Source: Penicillus capitatus
Taxonomy: Eukaryota > Plantae > Chlorophyta
Length of the DNA: 64,000 nt
NCBI GenBank assembly: GCA_965649825.1
Contig: OZ287706.1
Location: 806,001-870,000, forward strand
Direction of reading: 5' to 3'
This document shows, piece by piece, positions 62,033-64,000 of this stretch; position 1 is the first letter of the stretch; the number at the start of each line of letters is the position of its first letter. The notes under the pieces are model-generated. The model had not been told where the DNA came from. It did no database searches and saw only the letters and a list, made by a program, of their open reading frames with translations. The position numbers were made by a program, and so were the translations under genes.

Positions 62033-64000
62033 TCAGATCCACTTCTTCTTCTTGTAGCAGAAAGATTCGTTTCCGTCTTCGGCCATGTGCCAGCAACAGT
62101 CGCTGTTGAAGCAGTCCTCTTCCGTGATGTCGTCCTCCCCACACTTCTCTTTCTTGATAACGGCGCAGTGCAGCACGTGCATCATGGCTTCCTTTTCAGA
62201 TCCAGAGTAGGTGGCCATCATTGTCGTCTTCTTAATTGTGTGTGTCTCCTTTCCAATAGAAGATGCATCACCCTTTCCGCCATGACTTGCAGCTTCTGGT
62301 TCTTCCTTCTCTGAAGTGCCTTCCTCCGTTACCGTCTTGCTCGTCGTCGACTGCACAGTCGTCGTCTCAGACGAGGAACCGCCGGCTTCAGATTCGACCT
62401 CCTTCTCCGAGCTGCCTATCGCGACACCTTCCTTCTTGCCGACAACCTCGGCGCCTTCCTCCGTTACCGTCTTGCTCGTCGTCGACTGCACGGTCGTCGT
62501 CGTCGTCTCAGACGAAGAACCGCCGGCTTCAGATTCGACCTCCTTCTCCGAGCTGCCTTTCGCGACGCCTTCCTCCGTTACCGTCTTGCTCGTCGTCGAG
62601 TGCTTTGCAGTTGTGGATTTGGAAGCGTCTCCGCTAGAAGTCGAGGACTTAACCTCCGTTCCTTCTTTTGCGCTGACTGTTTCAACACCTTCCAAAACTT
62701 CAGAAGCTACGCCCTCGATCTCAGCTTTCTTTTCAGTACTGCTGCTGCTGCCTTCTTCAACCCCCTTCGCTTCTTCCGAACCTTCTTCTGTTGTCTCGCC
62801 CTCTGTGCTGCTGCTGATCGTTGTTTTCTTCGTTGTGGTCGTTTCAGAAGAATAGTCGTGCTCATGCAATCCACCATGTTTAGAATGGCCACCAGCTGCA
62901 CTGGATTCGTCTTCAGTTTTTACGTCGACAACCTCCGCAGTCTTTTCAGTCTCAGACGTGCTCGTCGTGGAATGCTCCGTCGAGTCTCCACCGATCTCCC
63001 CCTTGGTCACTTTTTCGGAACTGCCTTCTACGACGTCTTCTTTCTCCGCGACGACTTTTCCGGCTTTTTCCGTCGCCGTCTTGCTCGCCGTCTTTGTCGT
63101 CTCGGACTCCGTTTCAAGTTTCGCGTCAGCACCGGATTCGCCCGAGACAGATTCGGCTTCCTTCTCACTTTCAGTTTTATGCGAACCAACACTCTCCTCT
63201 TTCGTCGTCTTCGTGCTGACCTCATACTTACAGTAATCTTCACCGCAAGAAGTTTCATCTTTTTTCGCCGAAGAAACCTCGACTTCATGAATTTCAGTCT
63301 CCGAAGACGTCACCGACTCTTTGGATTCATCCTCGATAACTTCAACTCCAACGAATTGCTCCTCCAGGGTTTCTTTTGCTTTTTCTTTGCTCTCGCATCC
63401 CAAGCATTTCTCTGAGCCAACCTTCTTCGTGACGCCTCCGGAATGACGTCCACGTCGTATTGCTGTTTCGTCTCCATGTGCCTTTGCAGCGTACTCTTTC
63501 GTCGCTTCTGTCTTCTTGGCAGTAGCGGACGACACGACTTCATCCAGAATATCGTCTTCCTCGTCGACGATCACTGCACTTGCACCTCCAACCGATTCTC
63601 TTGTCTCTTCTTTCTCTTTACGCGATTTTGCCTGTCCTCCTTCGATCTGATGATGGACGGATGGTTCCGTGCTACTTACAGGAATAAACTCCGCATCATC
63701 GTCTGTGGAATCAAACGCGTCAGCTGACGTCTCTGAGGGCACCGCAACTCTATATTCTTCTAGGAGCTCCTCGACGTAATCTCCACCCACAACGTCATCC
63801 TCTGGCTTCTCCTCCACCTTGGTCTTCTCGTACGGAGATGGCTCTGGCTTCTCCTCCACCTTGGTCTTCTCGTGCGGAGATGGCTCTGGCTTCTCCTCCA
63901 CCTTGGTCTTCTCGTACGGAGATGGCTCTGGCTTCTCCTCCACCTTGGTCTTCTCGTGCGGAGATGGCTCTGGCTTCTCCTCCACCTTGGTCTTCTCGTG
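62033..64000 (-). CDS. Trefoil/mucin-like protein copy 3, C-terminal part (gene continues beyond the window)
   Basis: 650-aa open frame: EEKPEPSP(H/Y)EKTKV repeats, long E/S/T/K-rich region, terminal trefoil-like CG..ITEEDC...CCW.....FCY. Confidence 0.85.
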   Translation of the reverse strand, partial: HEKTKVEEKPEPSPHEKTKVEEKPEPSPYEKTKVEEKPEPSPHEKTKVEEKPEPSPYEKTKVEEKPEDDVVGGDYVEELLEEYRVAVPSETSADAFDSTDDDAEFIPVSSTEPSVHHQIEGGQAKSRKEKEETRESVGGASAVIVDEEDDILDEVVSSATAKKTEATKEYAAKAHGDETAIRRGRHSGGVTKKVGSEKCLGCESKEKAKETLEEQFVGVEVIEDESKESVTSSETEIHEVEVSSAKKDETSCGEDYCKYEVSTKTTKEESVGSHKTESEKEAESVSGESGADAKLETESETTKTASKTATEKAGKVVAEKEDVVEGSSEKVTKGEIGGDSTEHSTTSTSETEKTAEVVDVKTEDESSAAGGHSKHGGLHEHDYSSETTTTKKTTISSSTEGETTEEGSEEAKGVEEGSSSSTEKKAEIEGVASEVLEGVETVSAKEGTEVKSSTSSGDASKSTTAKHSTTSKTVTEEGVAKGSSEKEVESEAGGSSSETTTTTVQSTTSKTVTEEGAEVVGKKEGVAIGSSEKEVESEAGGSSSETTTVQSTTSKTVTEEGTSEKEEPEAASHGGKGDASSIGKETHTIKKTTMMATYSGSEKEAMMHVLHCAVIKKEKCGEDDITEEDCFNSDCCWHMAEDGNESFCYKKKKWI
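62330..62600 (-). repeat. Internal Thr/Ser-rich coding repeats (STTSKTVTEEG..GSSEKEVESEAGGSSSETTT)
   Basis: Two to three near-identical blocks visible in both DNA and protein. Confidence 0.75.
63800..64000 (-). repeat. 42-bp coding repeat (EEKPEPSP[H/Y]EKTKV), running off the window end
   Basis: ctggcttctcctccaccttggtcttctcgt recurs every 42 nt. Confidence 0.9.

Noticed and set aside
62263-63727. Long + strand ORFs (and similar antisense ORFs over the lectins, trefoil repeats and REV1)
   Set aside because: Shadow frames of real genes on the opposite strand, favoured by low-complexity codon usage.

Overview
Compact, gene-dense eukaryotic nuclear DNA with very short (about 40-60 nt) GT/GC-AG introns and the standard genetic code. 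A CDKL5/LF5-like kinase plus plastid-transit-like and cyanobacterial-type genes suggest a green alga, possibly ulvophycean or siphonous (inference). Single-copy housekeeping genes (REV1, a shortened HIRA, CDKL, biotin-protein ligase, Fe-S/MBL hydrolase, SDR, TCF25) are interleaved with three triplicated families: secreted intronless PLL/DUF346-like beta-propeller lectins, TerD-C2 fusions and secreted trefoil/mucin-like proteins. Every copy of these families left of about 34 kb is on +, every copy to the right is on -. The window also holds a trypsin-like protease upstream of about 29 ankyrin repeats encoded one per 99-nt phase-0 exon, a secreted PS-decarboxylase-like enzyme and a GNAT pair. 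Retroelements with resolvable boundaries: a solo LTR with a nested tRNA-derived SINE, an ORF1-only non-LTR element, a young TRIM and an older LTR relative. All calls come from reading and translating by eye; no database searches were run, and exon boundaries are manual.
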